From: Catajapyx aquilonaris
Lineage: Eukaryota
Assembly (NCBI GenBank): GCA_000934665.2
Contig: KZ538054.1
Location: 62,001 to 126,000, forward strand
DNA: 64,000 nucleotides
Direction of reading: 5' to 3'
Of the stretch, positions 29,390 to 42,599 are shown in pieces. How positions within the stretch are numbered: the stretch's first letter is position 1; each line of letters begins with the position of its first letter. Under the pieces are notes generated by a model. The model had not been told where the DNA came from. It saw only the letters and a program-made list of their open reading frames with translations, and searched no databases. The position numbers were made by a program, and so were the translations under genes.

Positions 29390-32300
29390 CTTGGATTGGC
29401 GCGGTTCTAAACGGACGTGTGTACTCGACTCATTCGTTTGTTTACTTGTTGCGATTATTACGCAGAGAGGTATCCCTTAGAGATCACCAGGAAACCGACA
29501 TCGCATCATCACGTCATATGTTTTCTCTCTGCTTTGCCATGTTAGAAAGTGTTTCTTGCATGCAGAAGGAACCACTGAAAGCTATTAACTCTTATTTTCT
29601 ATGAGGATGGAAGTAAAAAAGATGGTTTGCATGTAAGATAATGCGAGGTAATATTTATTCTAAATTATGAAAGCACTCGAGTCTAATATCTAACCACTGT
29701 TTGGCTCTCGAACCTCTTTCACTGGGCCAGGGGTGACCAACCTTAGCCATGTCATTAAGGAGCGAGGGCCACACGATTAGGAAACAAAACTTATTGAAAG
29801 TTTAGGCATAATTAGCATGTTGGCGGCTTGTCCTGTTGTTTACAAAATATTGCAGCGAATGAAATGAAATTGAATTCATTGATGAAATTACATGGTTTAC
29901 ATGTTATACGACGTACGCAACTAGTTTATGCCCTGTATCATGTTGAGAGCACCTAATTTCTTTTGGATTTAGATCAGTGAGTTGGGTACTTATGGAAACA
30001 AGTGGCCGGATTTTTAGTCGGTGAGAGAAACTCTACAATTGTCGGTTACAAAAATGTTATATCGTGCAAATAACAAAAACTTGTCAACATAGAAATTCCG
30101 CTGTAGCATGTTGGAAACAGACATCGCGATGACATCCAGACACCCCTGCGCAACACCACTCTGTACACGCAAGAAGCTAATTCGTATAAAGACATAACAA
30201 TTGTCTTTATTGCAACTTGACAGGAGAGTCCTTGAGCCATAAAGATTTCGCAGTCGGATTACGCTCTCCAATCAAATTAAAATATTTCTCCGATTACTGG
30301 AGCGTGCAGCAATCATATTTAGTTCAATGTGAGGAAGAAACTGGGTTTGTGATGCGATATTTTCTTCTACAATGATCGCCCTTATCTTTTTTTCCCCTCC
30401 TATTGTTTTTTTATATATTGATCCACTTTCTACTCCATAATAACAGTCGAATCTAGGATTAAGTAACCGGGTGTATCATTCGGAATAATCTTGCTGTTGC
30501 CAAAAACGGTGATTTCTCGTAACATTTGGCACACCACTCGACACACTATACAGTTAATACATCCAGTTTAACCCACATAATTCAGTCTAAACTTGTTTTG
30601 TGTCTTATCTTAGAGCTGTTTGAAAGAAAGGGAACTGCTTTCATCTGCTAGGTGTATAGATCACATTCTTGTCCTAGTGAATATTGGCCCTTAGGGTGCA
30701 AAAGGAGACGGAAAAAGTGAGCTGTTTGAATGGGTGTGTGGGCATGTGGCCAAGCCCTGGAAAGAAAGAAAAAAAGATGGTCGCTTGGCTCGCTGCTGGG
30801 TCATCACATCACTTTCTCCATCAGTGCTGGCTTCTCTCACCCAGTTTTCCAGTATGTGCCCTTCCTCCTCTTCCTTGGACCAGTTTTTTAGGTGCCGGCC
30901 TAGTAGTCCTCATTTATTTTCTTTTTTTTTATGTTTTCGCCTTTCGAGTACCTGCCTTATTTATTTTCCTGCCCCCTCTAATTGGGTGGCGGCTCTTCCT
31001 ACCGGTGGGTGTTTGCTTATGAAGATTCCTTTAAAAAACCGGAACAATGGAGGTTTTTAACAATTGTGTGCTGTAAGAATATTATGAGCGGGGTAACAAT
31101 GGGTGCAGGGCGGATGAGGCGTCATCCGAAGGAGATAAAAGTCAGCCTCATTACGAGGGACGTGCGAAATGAAATGGGTGGATGTGTTTTTTTGAAAAAA
31201 TGAGCGATATGGATTTCTTAGACACTTACGTCACATGGGAGGTGGTGTCGCAGAAGATGCGAATCAAGGAAGAGGTTTTTTTTGCCATTTGTTTCTTTAT
31301 TTCGAAATGAAGATGAGTCGTGAGCACGAGTGGTTGGTGCTTCATTCCAGTTTGCACCTTTTGTTCTAGTAACACAATTTGGGTGTCGCGTTTCCAGGCA
31401 GAATAAAAAATGAAGGCCAACTTTTTCGAAAGAGGAGGAAGAATTTTTCAAGTTGGCGTGGCCACTCTTGCCGGTTATGCAAATATTTCGAATGTTCATT
31501 TTACTTTGTTGTTAGATGTTTCACATAGTGTATAGGCCTATACGGTGCATTTGCGTGCAATGCAGAGATGCAGTTGCATGCATGAGCTTAATGACTTTTT
31601 GCAGCATTGTAGTGTGCAGTGTAGATATTTTACATGGTTTAATATTGAATCAGTCGTGAGAATTTTGCTATTCTGGCATTGACCCACTAAGGTAGACTCC
31701 GAGTATAACCAAGAACACGTGAATAATGAGTGTGAGTGAAGAAGCTCCTAATGTAACATATAGTTTATTGAGCTATGGTGAACGAACAAGGAGGACTTTG
31801 AAATTTACTGCATATTAAAGTACGAGGTATTATGCTACATCTAATAGGAACACATGTGACGATCATAATATTACACAAACACTTGCAATAAAAGCAGTGA
31901 AGTGCATTACAAAACACACGCGCTTATTATAGCGAAGACCTGAAATGCAGAACGATCAGAGTTACGTATGGTCGGATAGACTCGTTAGCAGTCAGTATTC
32001 ACAAAGAATCTCTGGAACAAAAGAAGTTTATTACTACATGCAAGACGTGAATGGTCGCTAAGATGCTCTCTTTTAATTGGGTCATTAAATCATTCAGTTT
32101 ACCCCCACTAAACCTGATTGCACCGTAAATACTTTTACTGCAGCATGATTGATCTGACACCACCGTTATTAAGTAATCACCCGTCCACGCGACACCTCCG
32201 ACAGAATTTCACTCCCATCCAACCGGGATAATCCTCTTGTCTCACGAGGACTTACGGCTGCCGACAACCAAAGGTCAACCAAAACGAAGAAGATCCGTGA

Positions 32301-35300
32301 CGAAGCCATCCCTCATCCTCTCCATGAACACAATCATCCGCATACAAAACGCGCCATTCATGTGGCATGTTACATACCGCAAGTTGATGGATTCATAAAC
32401 TTTTGCCTGTTGAAAAGTGAGTAAAAGACAGGCACGAGAGATAATAGCCGGAGAGAGTTAGAGGGCAATTTTTTGCTTCCTACTCCTTCCTTCTTCACAG
32501 ATGGAGATCTTCGGGGAGTTACGAAGGAGGTTCAACGACCATAGTGAAAGGCGTGCTTCGGCAGAAGAAGACCATCCATCGCATGCATGGGACGGTCACA
32601 CGTGTGGACCCAAGCGCCCAGTGTCCTACTCAACTGATGAGATACGGTGAGAGTGGTAAAAATGAAGAGTGCTAAACTGGCTCAAGAATGGTTCAGGCGT
32701 GGTCGATTCAGCTTGGCCCAGATCAACTACACCTTCTCTGCTGGTGTCCGTTATAATGCCAGTCAAGTGCACCATCCCTCCAGGGCTCTTCTTCGCCAGC
32801 AGGTGCTTGTTGTTCGGAAGCGAAAGTTTCGGAACCATCCGGGAAGCGGATGCGAATCGTGTAGATAGAGATCTATGGGAGCAAAAAACTTCGGAAAGGA
32901 ATTGCCTGTACACACAGTGTCGGTGAAGAAGAAGCCGCCGCTGACTTTCCCCTGCTTGGTCATCCTGTTCCAATCGGTTTCACCATCGCTGGTGAGGTGA
33001 TCATTCGCGGCAATGACACGGTTGGAAGTTGGAAGGTCCAACCTTGAAGTGTCCATCCAACGTGAGAATGTCGGCAAAGTATGCGTGATCCGTGGTCGCG
33101 TGGGAGATACCGCTCTGGTGACGACACTGATTCCCAACTGACAAAAGGAAACCCTGGACCGCGTCAGGGACAACCGAGGAAAAGTCTATGTACACGCATT
33201 CACATTCCTTTTGTTTGAATTCGTAATTGTTGGGCGCCATGAGAACAGGGAGTGTACAAAAAAGGAGGAATACCAATGTCCGTCCCTGCGAGTAATGTAC
33301 TTGTTAGTGTGTCGATCCAGGGGGGCTGGAAGATTGGGATTATGTGATGGTGAAACTATGTGAAACCGTAACCTGCCTGGAACCCGTTTTCGTGTCATTC
33401 CCTTCAACAGGACTGGGCAGCACGATAAATGGCTCGTTACAGCAGGCAGAGATAGTCGACACTATTATGACTTCTTGAAATTGTAGTGTTACATCCCGAC
33501 AGTCACAGGGAGATATGGGAAAGGGCCAGAGGGGGCAAGTGTAACAAGAGAAAATTATTTGAGTGAACAATACCTTGGGAGGTCATTGGTTAAGCCCTGC
33601 CTAGAGGGAAGGGGTTTGGTCAGTTTCGATTCACTTCCTCCGTCATAAAACGGTTTTACGCCCTATTAATGAATAGGAATTAATTATGTTGTCACGAGTT
33701 ATAAGGTCGCGCGTGAGACATTTCGTGCTTGGATAACTTGTTTTATACAACAAATACAATTTTTATACGGTACTTCCTCTGCTCAATCACATGTTCAATT
33801 ATGCTCAGAACTACAATCTGCAATCTAGGCCAATACCAGAAAGCATTCTGTTGTCAATGTCATAATATATTGTGAACATGGCTTGCTGTGTTGTTTCCGG
33901 AACTAAATTCATGTGGACCGAATTATTTTTTTGTGACCCAAATATTAGCAACAAGAAACTGCTTTCTCCATATATAGACCACTGTCCGCTGTAAATACCT
34001 TATATAATTGTGCACAAATGCATTTTGAAATTCTATGGGCTGCTCTGTGGATATGCACTGCACATTCTACACACTGAATATTTTATATTTCACATAAGAA
34101 AAATTAAGTGCGGAATACTAACCAGCCAAGTGAGTCTATCGATTGCTTGTTGTGCTCGAGTGACTTTGTAGACTGGATGTTCTGATCTTATAATCTGATT
34201 GATGCGGCCTCTCCTTGCAAGGAAAGGAAAAAGAAAGGCACGCTCGCCTTTCAGACTACGAATGCAGGTGAAACCTAATAATTGCGGTCGACACAATCAT
34301 CTCTTCAACACTCTTACAGTACTTCGCATCTATTTTTATTCAACACTGCATAGTTGGTCTGAAAATGTCAGATTAGTCCCACAGATAAGGGGAAATTACG
34401 TATGCAGATATACTGTTATGGAAATCTCACTTGAACGTCCTTTCTACCATCTTGGTACATGCAATGACCTGCAATGATACCTCTAGTTAAAGAATAGGCC
34501 ATTATAGTTGTGATCTACTGGTAGGTTGCGAGAATAATTTGTACAACTATGGCGACATTCAGACAATAACTTGGATCAATTTTGACTTTCCGGTAATTAA
34601 ATGCATTAGCAAGATTTCTTTATTGTCAGCAAATTGGATCAAGGACTTCGCAAGGCTTTCAGCCTCCTAAAGTTTGTCAAGAGGCGAAACTCTTTGTTTT
34701 TGAGCGATGGTGTAGAGTTAGGCAATAGTGAATTAAGGCTGCGAAGTTTCTCCGCAATTGGTGGAAATGCCTGGTTGAAATGTAGCATCACTGGCACGTG
34801 AGGATTCTGGACAGATCTAGAACATGCAAGTCTTTGTCGGGACCGAAAAACTTCGCGGTTAGTTAGTATCTACTGTAGTTACAGTATTTGCCAACATTGC
34901 CATTCCAGCTGTTTCCATGAATCCCTTCTCGCTAACGGAATTTGCACGCATCAAGGTTGTCTACGTTCTCCTGTAACTACCACAAGAAACAGGTGTGCAA
35001 TGAATAATGATGCGGTGTTTATATACCAGAATGTTTATTTGCGACTCTCGGATACAGAGTATCGAAGAGGATTCTGATAATTTTCACTGATTTTAAGAGG
35101 AAGCAAATAAATAAAAACAGGATTGGACGCGCCCACCTATGAGTCATTGAACATGTGATTTATTGTTGGATCATTTGCTAAGCAAAAAGCCTGTTTCGTA
35201 CAGGGACAAAGGTTGAGATTACTTGCAAATATTTTAAGCATTAGGCTATTTGTTTATCTGTTTTCTTCGTTTTGTATGAACACCTGAAATGCAGTCTCAT

Positions 35301-37255
35301 ACTTTCTCATGAACAAGTCCGTTTTCTCCTACATAATTACACTCGCATTGAAAAAAAAATATTCTGAAAAGTTCCCATAAGAACCAATGAAATAAACGAC
35401 AAACCCTCATCCAAATCAATTCAAAAGCGACTCTGATCATTCTGATGATATTTTTACATCATGTACCAAGCTGGTGTAACATCCAAAAATATTTATGCAC
35501 ATCCCATGGACTAACAAGGCTGAAGAACTGGGACAGGAATCGTGTCGCTTTGCTTCTCGTCCTCAGTGAACAAGACTAGGATTATTACACCCACTGGGTC
35601 ACGTAAGGCAGACATTAAGTATCCTTAAACCAACGTGTTCACGAGGTGTGATGGTTTCCGGCGAAATGCATAATTGTAATCGAGGCAGGGGTCCAACATC
35701 GGGGGCACCTCCGGAAGGAGGGAAGTGTACCTAAGATGTACAGAGTCGGCGAAAGTCTCAAGGAACGCGAAGAAGGCAGCTGCTGGACTGGTCAGTTCGC
35801 TCTTGTCTGTGAGAGAAAAAGGAAAATAAGTCAGTAGGACAACCCCCAAGTTGCGAATACGAGAGAGTCAGACCAGCCTGGAACACAAGGTGGTCCCAAA
35901 ATTACGTGAGGTACCGCCGAAGTTGAGATCCGAAAATATAGTACGACCTGTCGCACATTTGACTACCATTTCTTATTGACCTGTAGTGTACCGGGTATCA
36001 CGGACCACCTTGTTGTGGGCTATGGGAACGTGTGTGCTTTCCACTTCTCCTGGACCAGGTCCAGGGGCGAGGTTGTGCATCCTGCTGCCCCGTCCGATGC
36101 GAAGGTCATTTGGTGTCTCGGTCACTGGACGAGATGGTTCGCATGATGACCTCGTTCTCGGGGCATATTAGCCCCGTTTTTCCTTCCCGCCGTACCAAGC
36201 ATCCGATTTTTTGGGGGGTCAGTTCGGTAAGGAGGTGTCCCTTGGCGTGACCTATTCCACCTTCACCTCCCCGCCTCTTCGTGACTGCGGCTGACCTCAC
36301 GATTATACGTGCTTTGCAGGAAGCACCAGCAACACAGGTATTGGGGGACACTCTTTCTCCCTTTCAAACTGGTTCGTACCGATCACTTAGACTTTACGTG
36401 GTGTTAGGTGTACGTTGCGGGTTATTATTCCATAGTTGAATGAAAACGAAAATTTTCTATGACCTCAGCTTCCTTAATGTTACGGCGTACTGATCTCATG
36501 GGTGTCCCTTTCCCATTGAAAATGTGCCCATTGAAAGGGGGCTACAGTATATTCCCATCATGGGTGTGGCCACATTTTACGTGAGAGTTATATTCAGAGA
36601 GAATAATATTCACAAGCTCGTAAATTATGAGCGGGACTAGCTTAAACTGCCGTTTTACCTGTGCCGTTGCTCTGAAAATAGCGACAGTAGAACCAGTTAC
36701 AAATACTTTCGAACTCGTTGTCTGCCTATTCATCACTGACTGCCCCGTTAGTTGGACCTAGATGCATCTTGATCAGGCATCATTAGTAGACAGCCATTGT
36801 GCTAGATTAGCCGCTATTTTAATCGACTTTAATATTTGAAGCAGCTTATGGCTATTGGCTAGTAAGATTCACATGGGCAAGTTACAACACAAACCTTGAG
36901 GTTTCCCTCCATTGCAAACAATGGTTGTAGAAGTGGGCGTAACCAGTGGTTGTTGACCCTGCTCATAGATGATTGACATAGACGGATGATGGCATAGGAA
37001 GGAAGCAAAGGTAGATCCTTCCGCCATGGATGGGAAAAAAAGGAGGCAGGCGAAGTGGTGAGGAAGGAAAAAGATGGGGGCTTGTTCCGTGGAAAAAGAA
37101 GGGGGGTTGAGTCTGGCGGTGGGCAGGCGCCTTATTAAGGCTCCTCTGACCCACATTTGAGCAGAGAGGAGCTGCTGGCGTTGCTGGACAAGACTCAGGA
37201 AGACTCATTGGGAGAGTGAAGTGCGAGTGTGAGTGAAGTGCGCGAATTTGACTCA

Positions 37256-40200
37256 ATGGGCATCTTGGCCCTCACCACCGTCGCGACGCTTCTTGTCGGC
37301 GTCCAACTCACTGTCGGACATCCACAGGTACACACTGGATTTTTCGTGTGTTCGCGCGGCTGGGGAACTCACCTCATACTGGTTTAGCCAGCGGAAGTTT
37401 AGTTTGTGAGGATGATATGCATCGGGAGTGGAATATTGTAACGGTTGAAACTGGGCTTAAAATTCTTTGCAAGGGCATTACCGGTGGATAGAAAATGAAA
37501 GGGCCATTTTTTTTGATTCGAAATTTTTTTTGTGTGTGTCTACGTATGTGGTGTGGGAACAGGGGAAAGTTGTCGGAACAGAAACCGGGATAAGTGGTCG
37601 TAAAGATGATCAATATCTGTTGTTCGTCATAGTGCTTTTGAAATGCATGTTGTCCTTGCGGTTGTGCACCATTCAGGATTGCTCTTGTCCAGTGCCACTT
37701 CATTGCAGAAAAAAATTACTGCCACTTTTGGAACCATGCAGTTTTTAAAATGCAGACTTAGGTAGGGGATCATAATGTATAGCACCTGACTGTTTGATTG
37801 ATTCATTGACCTTCCAGTTAATGGCGATAAAGCAGCTTAGAATATACTGTGCCAAGTATCGTTTTTTGGGGAAAAAACAAACACAGGAGTGTTTTAGGGT
37901 GATGTGATTTCTATAAACCTCACTAGATTAATTCGAATTTCGCTATAATCTGCAATATATGTACTTAAGCAATAAAAGATGCACAGGTTTTGATCAGTAT
38001 TCGAGACTTTGCAGTGGGAGTTAATGGCGAGTCAAATACACAGTGAATTTTAACATGACACAATTTATTCTGCTTAGCCTACCTTTGTAGATCTATACAT
38101 ACCACCCCCTTCTGTTTATTACACAATACCGTAGATATCACGAGTAGTTACCGTCTTTACGTCATGTCTTTAAGAGCAAATGAGTCCAGTAGCCCAATAA
38201 CGGGGGTCAGTGTCAAAGATTTAAACCTTGGGTTTGGCTCTCAAGTTTAGGGTCAGGGTGATGAGCTGACTATGCAAGTCTGATGTCTCCATTAACATAA
38301 CGACCTGGAAACTAAAAGTGCAATTTTGCAATTGCAATGCGACGTCAGATTTTGGGAATTGATGACACAAGTTACTCTGAAATGTTGTTCTTTACGTCCT
38401 TTACGGCAATCAAGATTGCTGGTATTTAAGATGCATACAGCATACGAGGTAATAATTTAGCAAGGTCACTCTCAATTCCGTACTTGCAATTCTGGTGCTC
38501 TAGGGTTAAAATTCCGAAGTTGTCTCCCAGACTGGTCCAGGACTACTTTCTCATTCAAGTTGTAGGCTAGATATAGGATAAAAGGTATTCATAAAAAAGA
38601 GTTTAGGTGGGTAGCATTGTTGGCCTTGTCGAAGAGTGAAAGGATCAAAGAGCATATTTCCTTGTTCCCTGGGGATGGACACGCCCTCGCAGCAACCACG
38701 GCAATCTTTTGGTAGGGAAAGGCGCGTCCTTGGGGATGTGTCATTTGGACACTTCTTTTTTTCTCTATCCGCGTGAACTTACCGGTCGTGATATTTCACG
38801 CCCTTTAATATTCGTTTCTACCACACCCAAACAGGGGCCAACTGTGATTTGGACACACCACCACAACCCTCAGCACCATGGGGCCGGGGGCGCAGAGGCG
38901 GTTCCTTTATGGAATCTCAATGCTGCCGATGATGCCCGGCCGGGACGAACAGTGCCCCAAACCAGAAGAATACCTGGTGAAGAGGTCAAGCAGCCTCAAC
39001 AGCAGCAGCAGCAGCAACAACAACAACAGCAGCAGCAGCAGCAGCAGCAGCAGGATCCACGGCCGCAGAGGATATCTGCTCCACAGAAGCGCCAGGAAAC
39101 ATCCTCCAAAGCGCCCTTGGGGATCGATGACTTGATACGAATTCTGGGGCAGCCGACAGCCCGGCCTTTGGAGTACCCGCACCCAGATGGGACCGTAGAA
39201 CAGGTCCGACTGCCGCCTATTCGACTGGGGGCTGACCCCACCGGCAGGGTGCCTCTACAGAATCCTGCTTCGATCCATGCTCCAGAGACACAATTTGTGC
39301 CAATACCACAACCACCACAACCACCACAACGGTTTGTCAATGAGCAGACGCTCATACAGCACGTCCCAGTTCACCAAGCACAGCATATCATCACGGAACA
39401 CGAGCCGTTTCATGATCCCCAGAGAGTGCATCAGCCTCAGCGTGTTGCACAACAGCAGCATCAGCGAGTTGTCCTGCAGCAGCCACAGCAGCATGTCATC
39501 CATCAACGTATACAACCCCAGCAACGTGTGGTGCAACAAACACAACCGCGCATAGTACAACATCAGGCGCCTCAGCAACATGTTCAGCAACCGACGCAAC
39601 GTATCGTCCAGCAGGTGCCACAAAGGGTCATTCAGCAGCAAGTTGCACAACATGTGGTTCAGCCAGCAGAGGTTCCACAGCACTTACAATATCACATTCA
39701 ACATGAGCCTCAGCGAGTGCAACAGCCTCAGGTTCAGCACGTGCAAGTGCAGCAGCCACAGCCTGTACAGCACTCGCAGTTGCAACCTCAACACCAACCA
39801 CAGCATCAAATCCTAGACTTTGTTCCCTCACCTCCTCCAGCACAACCCCAGTCCATACGAGTCCTTCCTTCCGCGCCAGCACAGAACGTCATCACCGTGG
39901 ACCCTCCACCAGTTCGTCAGCAGTTCCTGACGACGGGACCAGAAGGTGCAGTCATACGCAATCAGTACGTCCAGTTCGTACCTCAGCAACCAGAACCCAT
40001 CCAAGCCCAGCAGCAGATACCGCAGTTCCTGTTGCAGCAGCAGGCCCATCAACTTTTCCGACAACCTCAACCAGTACAATTTGTTTCGCCAAGTCCAACA
40101 GCACCAGCACCATCGAAGACACCAGCACCATCTCCAACGACAGTAAGAGTACAATCTACATCGCCATTACCTCCGCCAAAATTCTCGCCTCAGCCACAAT

Positions 40201-42127
40201 TTGTAGCGTCGACGCCCAACCCAAAGGAAGAAGAAGTAGTAACCTATGCCATACCCGTACAGCGCCAAGAACACCACATTCGTGTGGCAGCAGCACCCGC
40301 TCCACCGCAGCATCAACCGCAGCATCAACCGCAGCCAGCAGGAGTAGTGTACCTCCAGAACCCTTACCAGCAAACACTGACGGTGGTTGACCACCAGCAG
40401 CTGGCGCAACAGCCCGTGGTTCAAGTCATCCAGCAGCCTCAGCCCCAAGCATCAGTGGCCCAGCCCCAGCCAGTCAAAGTTCAACTGTCCCGCTATGCCC
40501 CTCAGCACCACACCCGGGTTGAGGTTCCTCAGCAGCAGCTGGTTCGAGTGTCTCCTTCCCCAGCGGTCACCGAAGCGTCTCCCATCTACTACATCTCCAG
40601 TGCCCCTCAGACCGTGGCGACGCCCCAGGCCCCGGCGGTGACCCTTCCTCGAGAGCCACTCTTCCGGGCAGCGACGACGCCCCAGCCAGCCCTCCCCTCC
40701 CCACCTCGTCCGCCCCCGCCACCTCCCCCAACCCCACCTCCCATCGTCTCCCTCCCACCGACGCCACCGACGGCCCAGGAGGTAAAAGCCAGGAGTCAAG
40801 CCACCAACGAGAAAATATTGGGACCGGCGCCTGCCAAGGAACCATCTTCTATTCCCCAGGTAAGGGGAACCCCGAAGAGGATAGCGCGTCGCAGGGGCAC
40901 CGTCATGGAGGAACTGGAACGGGAAGGACTCACCGTCATGGTCGACCTGCTGACCTACACCGCGCAGAACGACCAACTGGCCAACGACGCCTACTTCACC
41001 GTCTTCGCCCCGAGCAACGAAGCTCTCCTCACCCTGATGAAAGGCATGGGCAGCGTCGAAGCAGCCCTCCAAAGGTTTGAGCAGAATCCAGACGTTTTAC
41101 GTACGGTACGTATAGCTACACTGGGCGTAGGTTCTGTATGGGTTCTTTGAACGTTGTAATGTTTCGGGCAGTTGCTGGGCCATCACCTGATGTCAGGTGT
41201 AGCCCCCAGCAAAGAACTCGAAGACGACATGACGGGAGAGAGCTTGGCAGGGACCAGGCTCAGGGTCAACTCCTACGACAACCTGAGTGAAGAAGACGGC
41301 CGTCTGCTGACGGTCAACGGTGCCAGGCTGGTCAAGAGGGACATACGAGCCAGGAACGGGATCGTGCACATCGTGGACAGGGTTTTGTTTCCGCTTCCGG
41401 TTGGACACGTCGTTGGGACCCTCAGATCAGACGCAGACTTGAGATTTGACAAATTCATTCGGCTCATCCAAGCCGGAGGACTTGAACCAAAGCTCTCATC
41501 CATGGATGGTGAGTTATCAGCACGCTCATGTACTGGCTATGTTGTAACTCGTGTATTGTTGTTCTCCACAGAGGGTTCCTACACCGTCTTTGCACCTACC
41601 AACAAAGCACTGGATGACGCCCTCGGTGCAAGAGCCTTCAGGTCAATGCTGAGGGACGAAAGGAAAGCGCGAGATTTCGTATTGGATCACGTTGTCAACA
41701 GAAGCTGGTACAGCACAGCAATTGACGGGTCGCAACGGGTCAACTCCATGACTGGAAAGTCTCTGGGAATCTACCGAAAGAATGGTAGGGACAATCAGGT
41801 TGAACTTGACAATGGTCCATCCTACATGGTAAAATGATAAATTGCACCACCTACCGACTGGCTCCGGTGGCCTTCATCCACGCACATTGTAAAAGACGAA
41901 TTACCACCCACCCACTCGAAAGCCTTCGGAACCCAGTCGTGCGTGTTGCAGTAATTCCAGGATAGGCCTCATAATTACCCGCTTTGTTCGGACTTCTTGG
42001 ATCGTGTCTTACCATTACCTTTACATCCTTTTCAGGTTTGATGAAAGTCGGGGCTGCCAACGTCATTAGCATCGACTTCCCTGCGGACAACGGAGTGGTT
42101 CATGGTGTTGATGCAATTCTAGACTAA
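37256..42127 (+). CDS. Secreted Gln/Pro-rich protein with two C-terminal fasciclin (FAS1) domains
   Basis: Exons 37256-37327 (signal peptide MGILALTTVATLLVGVQLTVG-HPQ), 38835-41105, 41172-41508, 41572-41784, 42036-42127. FAS1 H1 motifs FTVFAPSNEA and YTVFAPTNKA; H2 motifs NGIVHIVDRVLFP and NGVVHGVDAIL. Confidence 0.92.
38998..39053 (+). repeat. CAG/CAA repeat encoding poly-Gln
   Basis: Uninterrupted CAG/CAA codons in the large fasciclin exon. Confidence 0.9.
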
Positions 42128-42599
42128 AGTGATTCCTCCCTCGGCGACCTCCATTCCCCCCAAAACCCATCCTCGGATCGGCGTGCAGGCATGACGGCCC
42201 ATTCACACTGTATCATATTTATTCACTTGTGTTGTAAATAATACAAAAAAGACATGAAAAAACCGGGTGGAAGTGGGATTCGTTGCCTCTCACCGGTTGC
42301 TTGGTCAGTCCATACATCTCAGGTCCATAAACAATTTTTGTACACTGTACACACAACAGCCTTGAAGGCAGTCCATAATCCATATATACTGTGTGGGTTG
42401 CGTTAGGTCCTTCACTGGGACGTGTCGGTGTTGGGAAGGGCAGAGGATAGACGTGACTTGTTCTCAATAAAATACTGATGATGACCACATGACTGCATGG
42501 ATTATGGACAGCCTTTCTTAGGGGAACACTGACTAGATATTGGGGTTGGTGACACAACGACGCGCAAATACAATAGTTTGTTAAAGTACGGTGCCTTAT

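Noticed and set aside
38907..41072. Multiple long antisense ORFs over the fasciclin exon
   Set aside because: Shadow ORFs caused by CAG/CCN codon bias.
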